Shown in pieces: positions 54,333 to 62,880 of a DNA stretch of 64,000 nucleotides (within the stretch, counting starts at the first letter, position 1; every line of letters starts with the position of its first letter). Origin of the DNA: an uncultured Candidatus Saccharibacteria bacterium (GTDB lineage Bacteria > Patescibacteriota > Minisyncoccia > Phycocordibacterales > UBA12088); contig CAZMLK010000001.1 of assembly GCA_964567265.1 (NCBI GenBank), forward strand, positions 15,832 to 79,831, read 5' to 3'. Position numbers and translations under genes: made by a program. The notes under the pieces were generated by a model that did not search any database, was not told the origin of the DNA, and saw only the letters and a program-made list of their open reading frames with translations.

Positions 54333-54917
54333 ATGTTTGATTTCGACAAAGCCATCGAATTCACGCGGCTTCTTGAGCGCTTCCAGAAGGTGCGACGCGT
54401 CGCATATGTTTCCGGGGAAGATCGGATGGAGAACGACGTCGAGCACAGCTACAAGCTCGCCATGATGGCGTGGTACTTGGTCGAGCGCGAGCAGCTTCCG
54501 CTCGACACGTCGCTGGTCGTCAAATACGCGATGGTCCACGATCTCGTCGAGGCGTATGCGGGCGACACGGATGCCTGGGACGCGGAAGGGCAGAAGACCA
54601 AGCACGAGCGGGAAGAAAAAGCCCGCCTCCAGCTTATTGCGGAATTCAAGGAATTCCCGGAGCTGCACAGCCTTATCGAACGCTACGAGAACAAGACTGA
54701 CGAGGAGGCCCGATTCGTGTATGCGCTCGACAAGCTCTTTTACATGTTCACCGAATACCTCGCCGAAGGTCGGACAATGCGGAAGCAGAATCTCGAATAC
54801 GGCATGGAATTCAAATTGAAGGAGGAAAAAACGCGCGTTCATGAGCAGGTGCACGCCTGGTGCCTTGAGGTGTTCAGGCGCCTCGATCAGGAGCGTGATC
54901 GGCTATGGGGGAAATAG
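54333..54917 (+). CDS. HD-domain phosphohydrolase (YfbR-like)
   Basis: VEHSYKLAMMAWYL...MVHDLVEAYAGD is an HD motif (H...HD...D). Confidence 0.7.
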   Translation: MFDFDKAIEFTRLLERFQKVRRVAYVSGEDRMENDVEHSYKLAMMAWYLVEREQLPLDTSLVVKYAMVHDLVEAYAGDTDAWDAEGQKTKHEREEKARLQLIAEFKEFPELHSLIERYENKTDEEARFVYALDKLFYMFTEYLAEGRTMRKQNLEYGMEFKLKEEKTRVHEQVHAWCLEVFRRLDQERDRLWGK

Positions 54918-55092
54918 CTGCTTGATAAAAGACAGGGAAGTGTCATGCTAGGGGCGTGCAGAAAGGGATGCGGGAAGCCTGTGGCACCTCGGAGCCCGAG
55001 ATTCCTGTATCCGCTGTTTCTCATGCGCGCGTGGCCTCCGGGACTCCAGGAGGTATGCGATGGACAATTAATACCGTAACCGTTCTGTTTTT

Positions 55093-56259
55093 ATGAAAAC
55101 GATTCTGAAATTATTTGGGATCTCGATGCTTTTTTTGGTCGTTGCGAATACCGCAGACGCATCCACCTACTTTGCTGGAGAGAATTACACGCTTCCGGCA
55201 GGGCAGTCAGTCTCTGGCAACCTGTATGCAGGTGGAGGGAATGTGGCGATTCTCGGTTCGGTTTCAGGGGACGCGGTCGTCGGCGGTGGCAAAGTGCTCG
55301 TGAATGGCCCTGTCTCTGGGGATATCCTTGCGGGTTCGGGCAATATTGATATTCTCGCGCCTGTGGGCGGCGATGTCCGCTCCGCGAGCGGAGATATCAC
55401 TATCGGCGCCAATGTCGGCGGGGACGTGTTTGTCGCAGGTGGCACGGTCCAGATTCTTGCAGGCACGGTCGTGAATGGTGATGTCATGGTCGCCGGCGGC
55501 ACTATCACCATCGACGGCACCGTAAATGGCAACGTGACCGTCTATGGTGGTGAAGTCTCGCTTGGCGGCGCGATTAAAGGGAACGCGCATCTTCGAGGTA
55601 ATCAGAAGCTGACGATCGGGACAGGCGCGACGGTCGGCGGCACCCTCCTCTACGAATCCCCGTCATCACTGGATATCACCGAGGGTTCAGTCGCGGGTGG
55701 TGTTACGTACAAGTCGACTGCAAAGCAGGACGTCAATAAGGGGGCAATGGCAGCCCTTGCAGTTTTCCTCGGTACGCTCTTCCTGATCGGACTTGGGGGA
55801 ACGGCGCTCGGAAGCGTCTTCTTTGCGACGGCGTTCCAGAAGGATTCGCTGGAATTGATGGAATATGCGGTCACGCGTTTCGGTACCGCAGTATTGGTCG
55901 GGCTTGTGTTCCTCGTAATCGTACCGATTGCCGCGATTCTGATGATGTTCACGATCGTTGGCATCGTGCCTGCGGTGTTCGTGCTCCTTACGTACATCCT
56001 CTTCCTCATGGTTGCGAAGGTATATGCATGCATCCTTGTGGGTGCATTTCTCTCGCATCGCTTTAAGGGAAGTATCCACGTGAACTGGAAGTGGGCGCTT
56101 CTTGGTACGGTACTGCTTGCCCTCGTGACTTTCGTACCGGTTCTTGGTCCAATCGTCGGATTCCTGTTCACACTTGCAGCGCTCGGCGCGCTTGCTGAGC
56201 GGCTTCGGAACCGCTGGAAGACACGGAACGATGGTGAAATGAAAATGGAAATCTTGTAA
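55093..56259 (+). CDS. Membrane protein with N-terminal beta-helical (bactofilin/DUF4097-like) repeat ectodomain and C-terminal 4-TM domain
   Basis: Signal peptide. More than 10 repeats of the G(D/N)V.V.GG type (GDAVVGGGKVLVNGPVSGDILAGSGNIDI...). Hydrophobic C-terminal half. Confidence 0.55.
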   Translation: MKTILKLFGISMLFLVVANTADASTYFAGENYTLPAGQSVSGNLYAGGGNVAILGSVSGDAVVGGGKVLVNGPVSGDILAGSGNIDILAPVGGDVRSASGDITIGANVGGDVFVAGGTVQILAGTVVNGDVMVAGGTITIDGTVNGNVTVYGGEVSLGGAIKGNAHLRGNQKLTIGTGATVGGTLLYESPSSLDITEGSVAGGVTYKSTAKQDVNKGAMAALAVFLGTLFLIGLGGTALGSVFFATAFQKDSLELMEYAVTRFGTAVLVGLVFLVIVPIAAILMMFTIVGIVPAVFVLLTYILFLMVAKVYACILVGAFLSHRFKGSIHVNWKWALLGTVLLALVTFVPVLGPIVGFLFTLAALGALAERLRNRWKTRNDGEMKMEIL

Positions 56260-56269
56260 GAGGGAAGTT

Positions 56270-56313
56270 GAAAACACCCCGGCCCGCGCAAGCGGGGCCG
56301 GGGTGTTTTCTTG
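56270..56313 (+). terminator. Rho-independent terminator
   Basis: aaaacaccccggcccgc-gcaa-gcggggccggggtgtttt followed by cttg. Confidence 0.7.
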
Positions 56314-56342
56314 AATAAGCAAATGAGCGTCCGGTAGTGGTG

Positions 56343-56376
56343 TATATAAAACGAAAGGCTCTACAAAATGTAGAGC
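56343..56376 (-). terminator. Minus-strand rho-independent terminator with no annotated upstream CDS
   Basis: Minus strand reads ggctctaca-tttt-tgtagagcc followed by tttcgttttatatac. Confidence 0.5.
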
Positions 56377-56567
56377 CGGGACGATGGGGTGGGGGTGAGA
56401 TTCAAAAGTGAGAATCTCGAAGGAACTGGGTGGTTAGTTGGGGAGGGAGTGGATTGGATGCTCAAGAAGTGAACGGCTTTGGTTGTGGATGAAAGTTCAT
56501 CCGAACTGAAGCGTCGCTTCGAGTGTCCAAAGGACTCTCTATAACTAACTTCCTATAGGGTACTCCT

Positions 56568-57284
56568 ATGCTAGAATCCTGTCAAGCGTTTTCTATGAGA
56601 AAAAAGATACCTGTGGATAACTCAAAAGACCTCTTTTTGACGAGAAAAAAGAGGGCAGGGGAGCTGCTTCGGAAACTGAAGCAGTTGTTCCCCAATGCCG
56701 ACATGATCCTCGAGTACAGTAACCCGTGGGAGCTGGTCGTGGCTGTGCAGCTCTCGGCGCAGTGCACGGATAAGAAAGTGAATGAGGTCACAAAGACGCT
56801 CTTCAAGAAGTACCCCGCTCTCGAGGACTACCTCACTGCCCTTCCCCGCGAATTCGAGAGGGATATTTTCCAGACCGGATATTATCGCAACAAGACGCGG
56901 AACATCCTCGCGGCAGCGAAGGTGCTCAAGGAGAAGTACGATGGCCGACTTCCCTCTTCTGTACGAGAACTTCTGACGATTCCGGGTATCGGCCGGAAGA
57001 CAGCGAACGTCGTGCTCGGCAACGCCTATGGCATTGCCGAGGGTATCGCCGTCGATACCCATGTGCACCGCTTCGCCGTGCGCTTCGATCTCACTGACCA
57101 TCCGAGGAATGTTGTAAAGATCGAGCAGGACCTGATGAAGCTGATCCCGAAGAAGGAGTGGTTCCGCTTCACCTACCTCGCGATCGAATATGGCCGCAAA
57201 ATCGCTCCATCACGGACGTATGATATTTCAAAGGACCCTCTGATTAAGATCTATCCTCCTGCCGGACTGCGGTTCAAAAAATAA
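56568..57284 (+). CDS. nth: Endonuclease III-like HhH-GPD DNA glycosylase
   Basis: LVVAVQLSAQCTDKKVNEVT, LLTIPGIGRKTANVVL (helix-hairpin-helix) and VDTHVHR (catalytic Asp). The C-terminal 4Fe-4S Cys cluster is absent. Confidence 0.75.
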   Translation: MLESCQAFSMRKKIPVDNSKDLFLTRKKRAGELLRKLKQLFPNADMILEYSNPWELVVAVQLSAQCTDKKVNEVTKTLFKKYPALEDYLTALPREFERDIFQTGYYRNKTRNILAAAKVLKEKYDGRLPSSVRELLTIPGIGRKTANVVLGNAYGIAEGIAVDTHVHRFAVRFDLTDHPRNVVKIEQDLMKLIPKKEWFRFTYLAIEYGRKIAPSRTYDISKDPLIKIYPPAGLRFKK

Positions 57285-57508
57285 TGCAAACGACAGGTTC
57301 CTTCCATCCATAAGTGAATGTGTTGTCACATGAGCTCACCATCTTCACAGAATGGCGGCATTCAAGAAGTGGCGTACAATGGATGCATGAGAGATTACGC
57401 GAAGGTCGGCGGCAAGAACGGTGCGCCTGGATACCGGACGCCGTCCCGGTTCATCCACCGTCGACCGATTGACGTGCAGTATTTGAAGGCAAAGTCATCC
57501 AATTCCCC

Positions 57509-58204
57509 ATGGAGAAAAAGCGCAAAGTAGCCATCTTCGATATCGACGGGACGATCTTCCGTTCCTCCCTCCTCATAGAGCTCATCGAGGAATTCATCAC
57601 ACAAGGGGTATTCCCCGCATCGACGAGGGATGAGTTCGATCGGCAGTACCGGAAATGGCATGAACGGAAAGGCAGCTATGACGAGTATATCGACGCGCTC
57701 ATCACGTCGTTCCTGAAGCACATCAAAGGCGTGCGCTATGAAGACATGACCCTGGTCTCGAAGCTCGTGATCGGACGCGAGAAGGACCTTGTGTATCGCT
57801 ATACACGGGATCTTGTCGGCGAGCTCAAAGAGAAAGGCTACTACCTCCTCGCGGTCTCGCAGTCGCCGAAGATGGTCCTTGACGGCTTCTGCAAGAGCTG
57901 GGGCTTCGACAAGGTGTATGGACGCATCTACGAGGTCGGCCCCGACAATCGGTTCACAGGCAATATCGAGGATTTGCACCTGATCGCGAATAAGGCGAAC
58001 ATCGTGAAGCGTGCAGTCGAGAAGGAAGGTTTGACGCTCGCAGGATCGATCGGCGTCGGCGATACGGATGGTGACATCCCGTTCCTCGAGATCGTCTCGA
58101 AGCCGATCTGCTTCAATCCAAACAGCACCCTCTATCGCCACGCGAAACGCAACAAATGGAAAGTGATCGTCGAGCGGAAGGATGTTGTGTATGAAATCGA
58201 TTGA
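57509..58204 (+). CDS. HAD-superfamily hydrolase, subfamily IB
   Basis: Motif I FDIDGTI and motif IV GVGDTDGDIPFL. Confidence 0.7.
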   Translation: MEKKRKVAIFDIDGTIFRSSLLIELIEEFITQGVFPASTRDEFDRQYRKWHERKGSYDEYIDALITSFLKHIKGVRYEDMTLVSKLVIGREKDLVYRYTRDLVGELKEKGYYLLAVSQSPKMVLDGFCKSWGFDKVYGRIYEVGPDNRFTGNIEDLHLIANKANIVKRAVEKEGLTLAGSIGVGDTDGDIPFLEIVSKPICFNPNSTLYRHAKRNKWKVIVERKDVVYEID

Positions 58205-58421
58205 ACCGGCTTCGGGGGTCATGGTAAGGTAACTATTGGTTCGTTCTTTTCGATATTCCCCAAGAACCACTGTCGGACCTATGTCTGATGGCGGCGTCTG
58301 GGATTTTTTTTCGTCTCGTCTCCAGCCCGATTGATGTCGGCGGAGGTGATCAACAAAAGCGCCCAGAAGACGAGGCGCTTTTGTTGTTTTCGGGCAGATA
58401 GTTGCTGCTATACTTATATGC

Positions 58422-59648
58422 ATGCAACTCACGCGCCGCTCGTTATTCCTCACGTGCATCCTTGTGGTCGTCGTGGCGGGAGTCGTCTGGGCCGCGCCGC
58501 TGGTCATGAGGACGCTTACGGGCGTCCTGCCGCTCTTGTCGCGCGCACATATTCCGCTCCTGCCCGGTACCGAGAATGCGGCCATTATCGTCCCTGCGCT
58601 CACGATTCCCGCCCCGTTCGCTATCCAGGTCTTCGCGAAGGATCTCGGCGATCCGCGCGTCATGGTACGAGATCCTGCCGGAAAGCTCGTGGTAAGCCTC
58701 CCAACCGAGGGCAAGGTCGTGGCGCTTCCCGATGTGAATGCCGACGGCGTCGCGGATAATGTTATCGTGGTCGCGGAGGGACTCAAGAAGCCGCACGGCA
58801 TCGCGTTCCACGACGGGAAGATCTACATAGCGGAAACCGACCAGGTCGCGGCCTATGACTATGACGAAGAATCGTTCCGCGCGACCGGAAAGCAGAAGAT
58901 CGTCGATCTCCCGACCGACGGCTACAATCAGCATTTCACCCGCACGCTCCATGTCCTCAAAGAAGCGAGTGGAGACCGGCTTCTCGTATCGGTCGGCTCT
59001 TCCTGCAATGTCTGCCATGAGAATGATCCAAAGCGCGCCTCGATACTCTTGATGAATTTTGACGGCACGAACGTGACCACCTTCGCAAAAGGCCTCCGCA
59101 ACTCCGTATTCATGGCGACGAATCCTTCGACGGGCGCGCTCTGGGCCACGGAGATGGGCCGCGATCTCCTCGGGGATGACATTCCTCCAGACGAAATCAA
59201 TATCATCAAGAAGGGAAAGGACTACGGCTGGCCGATCTGCTACGGCAAGAATATCCATGACACGGCATTCGACAAGAACACCTACATCCGTGCTCCCTGT
59301 ACCGAACCCTACGAGCAGCCCTCTGTAATCGATATCCCCGCGCATTCCGCGCCGCTCGGGCTCGCATTCGTTCCCGAGGAGGGCTGGCCGGCTGCATATC
59401 AATTCAACCTCTTCGTCGCGTACCATGGTTCGTGGAATCGGAGCGAGCCGACCGGGTACAAGGTCGTGCGCTATAAGTTCGCTGAGGACGGCACGTTCCT
59501 TGGCGTCGAGGATTTCCTGACGGGATTTTTCAAGGATGATGAGGTGCTCGGCCGGCCGGCGGATATACTCATCGAGCCGAATGGTATGATGTTCGTATCA
59601 GATGACCGCGCAGGCATGATTTATCAAATCACGCTCAGCTCGAAATAA
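58422..59648 (+). CDS. PQQ-dependent sugar dehydrogenase (sorbosone dehydrogenase family)
   Basis: TM anchor. KPHGIAFHDGKIYIAETDQV and GWPICYG motifs of the GSDH/SGL beta-propeller family. Confidence 0.7.
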   Translation: MQLTRRSLFLTCILVVVVAGVVWAAPLVMRTLTGVLPLLSRAHIPLLPGTENAAIIVPALTIPAPFAIQVFAKDLGDPRVMVRDPAGKLVVSLPTEGKVVALPDVNADGVADNVIVVAEGLKKPHGIAFHDGKIYIAETDQVAAYDYDEESFRATGKQKIVDLPTDGYNQHFTRTLHVLKEASGDRLLVSVGSSCNVCHENDPKRASILLMNFDGTNVTTFAKGLRNSVFMATNPSTGALWATEMGRDLLGDDIPPDEINIIKKGKDYGWPICYGKNIHDTAFDKNTYIRAPCTEPYEQPSVIDIPAHSAPLGLAFVPEEGWPAAYQFNLFVAYHGSWNRSEPTGYKVVRYKFAEDGTFLGVEDFLTGFFKDDEVLGRPADILIEPNGMMFVSDDRAGMIYQITLSSK

Positions 59649-60382
59649 TGCCTGGTTCCATGAAGACATTTCTTATCATTTCTATCGTACTCGCGCTCTT
59701 CGCGGTACTCGGGGTCTACCAGCTCTTTATCCGCGAACCGGCGGAGCTTATACGAACCACGACTGCCTTCGAGCGGAAGACCGAGGGCGGCACGCCGCGC
59801 ATCCTCATTGTCGGCGATAGCACGGGGGTGGGCGTCGGCAGCAGCGCGCCGATCCTCTCGATCGCGGGACGGCTCGGGACGACCTTCCTCCGCGCCTACA
59901 TCGAGAATCACGCGGTCTCGGGCGCGCGGACGGCAGAAGTCGTCGAGCAGTTCAAGGATACGCCGATCCACTCATTCGATATCGTTCTCATACAGGTGGG
60001 CGCGAACGATGTGACGCATTTCACGAAACCAGACGAGCTCCGCGCGAGCATCGCTGCGCTCCTTGTGCGCGCGCATGATGTTGGGGCGCATGTGTTCCTG
60101 ATGACAAGCGGCAGCGTCGGGCATGCACCGCTCTTCATCTATCCCTTCAGCAAGATATTCACGAATCGCTCGCTCCTGGTCCGCGACATCTTCACGGAAG
60201 AAGCCGATAAGGTACAGGCGCACTATATCGATCTCTACCAGCCCCGCGAGGATGATGTCTTCCTGACCGATCCGAAGAAATACTTCGCAGCGGACTCATT
60301 TCATCCGAGCGAGGAAGGCTATGGCGTCTGGTACGAGCAGGTGAAGCAGGCCCTGATTGCCGAGAAGCTCCTCCGGCAGTAA
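59648..60382 (+). CDS. SGNH/GDSL-family hydrolase
   Basis: ILIVGDSTG (block I GDS) and DSFHPSEEGY (block V DxxH). N-terminal TM anchor. Confidence 0.7.
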   Translation: MPGSMKTFLIISIVLALFAVLGVYQLFIREPAELIRTTTAFERKTEGGTPRILIVGDSTGVGVGSSAPILSIAGRLGTTFLRAYIENHAVSGARTAEVVEQFKDTPIHSFDIVLIQVGANDVTHFTKPDELRASIAALLVRAHDVGAHVFLMTSGSVGHAPLFIYPFSKIFTNRSLLVRDIFTEEADKVQAHYIDLYQPREDDVFLTDPKKYFAADSFHPSEEGYGVWYEQVKQALIAEKLLRQ

Positions 60383-60385
60383 TCT

Positions 60386-61201
60386 GTGCCGATGGAACGT
60401 TCGGTTGCCGCATTCAAGAAGCAGGTTTGGAATTATTATCGGAAACACGGCCGCGGGCAGCTGCCGTGGCGCCAGACTGCTAATCCGTACCACGTGCTCG
60501 TGTCCGAGATCATGCTCCAACAGACGCAGGTGGATCGCGTGATCCCGAAGTACGAGGCATTCCTCCGAAAATTCCCAAGCACCCGAGTGCTTGCGAAGGC
60601 GCCTCTTGCCGATGTCCTCAGGGAGTGGCAGGGACTCGGATACAACCGCCGCGCAAAATTCTTGCATGAGGCTGCGAAGGCAGTAGAGAGCCGGCATGGC
60701 GGAGCCATGCCGGCTGATCTTCCATCCCTCCTTGTGCTTCCAGGCATCGGGCCGTATACCGCGGGCGCCGTCATGGCATTTGCATACGATAAGCCCGTCG
60801 TCTTTCTCGATACCAATATCCGGAACGTATTCATCCACCACTTTTTTCCAAAAAAACAGAACGTGCATGATCGGGAGCTCATGCCGATCATTGGCTCTGC
60901 ACTCGACAGGAAGCGGCCGCGCGAGTGGTACTCCGCGCTCATGGACTACGGGACGCATTTGAAAGCCACCGGGCAGGGAAAGAACGCGCGGAGCGCCCAC
61001 TATGCGAAGCAGTCGAGATTCAGCGGGTCCGACCGCGAGATCCGCGGCCGGATGCTCACGCTCTTGTCTGAGAAATCAGTACCCGAGGATTTGCTCCTCA
61101 AGCATGGAAGCGCTGACCGATTGCGCGCGGAAGCGCAGCTTCAGAAGCTCCTCAAAGAAAAAATGGTCAGCCGTAAAGGGAAGACCATTCATCTCGGATA
61201 G
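60386..61201 (+). CDS. MutY-like A/G-specific adenine glycosylase (HhH-GPD), lacking recognisable Fe-S loop
   Basis: LPWRQTANPYHVLVSEIMLQQTQVDRVIPKYEAFLRKFP is a canonical MutY N-terminus. LVLPGIGPYTAGAVMAFA is an HhH motif. Confidence 0.7.
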   Translation: MPMERSVAAFKKQVWNYYRKHGRGQLPWRQTANPYHVLVSEIMLQQTQVDRVIPKYEAFLRKFPSTRVLAKAPLADVLREWQGLGYNRRAKFLHEAAKAVESRHGGAMPADLPSLLVLPGIGPYTAGAVMAFAYDKPVVFLDTNIRNVFIHHFFPKKQNVHDRELMPIIGSALDRKRPREWYSALMDYGTHLKATGQGKNARSAHYAKQSRFSGSDREIRGRMLTLLSEKSVPEDLLLKHGSADRLRAEAQLQKLLKEKMVSRKGKTIHLG

Positions 61202-61215
61202 TACGAAGGATCGCA

Positions 61216-62382
61216 TTAATCGCGCGGCAGATGCACGGCGATCGCGACGCCGGCGGTCATGAGAAGTGCGGTCAGGATGAACATCCCTGAAAAGCCGAAG
61301 AGCGGAAGCACGAATGCGGCGACGATCGGAGTGAGGACGTAGCCGCCGGGGCGGAGCATGCGGAAGAGGCTGATCTGCTCCGCGTCCTTGCCGCCGACCC
61401 GCCTGAAGAATGCGCTTTCCGAAACCACTTCGACAATGGATGCGCCTGTGTGCGCCGCGAGGAGGACGATACCCCAGAGCGCGATATTCGCATGCCCGAG
61501 GAACGCGAGCGCGCAGGCACCGCCGGCGAGAAGGAGGAAGCCGAACGCGAAGAGCCGCCGCTCACCGAAGTGATTGATCACGCGTCCGATCGGCAGCTCG
61601 AAAAGTACCAGGGGCACGAGCATGATCGAGAAGATGGTCCCGATTTCCGGCCACTCGAATCCGATCTGGAGGAGATAGAGCGGGAGGTAGATGACGGTGA
61701 CGGAGAAGAAGATGCGGAGGAGCGTGTGGAGCACGAATACCGTTCGTGCTCCAGGAGTCTTCGAAAGCTCACGGAATGCGCCACTAATCGACGGCCGCGG
61801 ATACTCCTGATCATTGAACTTGCGGAAGCGGAGCGATATGAGGAGGACAAAGGGGATGAGGCAGGCGGCCGCGATCGCATATGCCGAGAAATAGCCGAAT
61901 GAGTCGATGATGAGGCCGCCGAGGATGGGTGAGAAGAAGAGCGCGGCGTTCGCGCTCGTGAGCGTCGCGCCACGGACCGCGCCTGTCATGCGTTCCTCCT
62001 CGACCGTGCTCTCGATGAAGATGTCCATCGTATAGAGGAGGAGGATGGTGAGGGACCAGTAGCAGATGAAGAGCGCGCCCGCGCCGCCGAGCGAGGTCGC
62101 AGCGCCGAAGGCGAGGACGGTGTAGATCTCGAGCGATGAGAAGATGATGGCGAGCGCGAATGCGCCGAACCACCGGAGGAGGTAGGGCACGATGAGCAGC
62201 ATCCCGACCGCCGAGGCCGCGCCGAGCATGTAGAGGAATCCGACGTCGGAGGTGTTGCCGAACTTCGCGAGGAAGCTCGAGTTTATGAAGATCGCGGAGA
62301 AGATATGGAGCGCGAGGAAGAAATTGGCGCCGAAGAGAACCCGGATCGGACTCGACCGGGTGATGCGTATCGCGGTGTCCAT
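61216..62382 (-). CDS. MFS transporter
   Basis: Twelve TM helices with MFS loop motifs. Confidence 0.75.
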   Translation of the reverse strand: MDTAIRITRSSPIRVLFGANFFLALHIFSAIFINSSFLAKFGNTSDVGFLYMLGAASAVGMLLIVPYLLRWFGAFALAIIFSSLEIYTVLAFGAATSLGGAGALFICYWSLTILLLYTMDIFIESTVEEERMTGAVRGATLTSANAALFFSPILGGLIIDSFGYFSAYAIAAACLIPFVLLISLRFRKFNDQEYPRPSISGAFRELSKTPGARTVFVLHTLLRIFFSVTVIYLPLYLLQIGFEWPEIGTIFSIMLVPLVLFELPIGRVINHFGERRLFAFGFLLLAGGACALAFLGHANIALWGIVLLAAHTGASIVEVVSESAFFRRVGGKDAEQISLFRMLRPGGYVLTPIVAAFVLPLFGFSGMFILTALLMTAGVAIAVHLPRD

Positions 62383-62417
62383 AGCTCTCTCAGTGTAGCA
62401 TCGAGGAGCAGTGTATT

Positions 62418-62472
62418 AAAAAGAGAAACCGCCCGCAGAGTGCGGGGGTTTCCCTCGCACTCTGCGGGCGGC
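62418..62472. terminator. Bidirectional hairpin terminator
   Basis: ccgcccgcagagtgcg-ggggtttccct-cgcactctgcgggcgg. Confidence 0.6.
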
Positions 62473-62483
62473 AATTGAAGGAA

Positions 62484-62750
62484 TCAGTCTACAAGGACGT
62501 CAAGTCCAAAAACGTCACCTGCGTACCGAGTAAGGCTACTGACCAGTTTGTTAGGGCAGGTGACCGCAATAGTATAAACGCCGTCATCATTGACCGGCAC
62601 ACCGCCTACGTTCTGGACGAACGCTTCGACACGCCCTGACCTTGGGTACAAGCATCGCATATGCTCTGCACATACGAATAGGTCCCGATGAGTGAGATTT
62701 GATGCAGTCGGGATTCGGCATCGAATCGTAAGTGTTGTGGGCTCAGGCAT
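62484..62750 (-). CDS. Small Cys-containing hypothetical protein (88 aa)
   Basis: Start at MPEPTTLTIRCRIP (ATG 62750). A strong promoter TTGACA (62822..62817)-N17-TAAATT (62799..62794) and a GGGAG ribosome-binding site lie upstream. The track ORF is over-extended. Confidence 0.45.
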   Translation of the reverse strand: MPEPTTLTIRCRIPTASNLTHRDLFVCAEHMRCLYPRSGRVEAFVQNVGGVPVNDDGVYTIAVTCPNKLVSSLTRYAGDVFGLDVLVD

Positions 62751-62793
62751 TTGAAACTCCCATTTGCTTGGAACCAGAAGAAAATCTCCAGAG

Positions 62794-62822
62794 AATTTAA
62801 CACGATAATTGTATATTGTCAA
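62794..62822 (-). promoter_or_regulatory. Sigma-70-type promoter
   Basis: Minus strand reads TTGACAatatacaattatcgtgtTAAATT. Confidence 0.5.
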
Positions 62823-62880
62823 TAACACCAAACCCGGCACGCTTCGCGTGCCGGGTTTGGTGTCGGTGTGGAAAGCGGAG

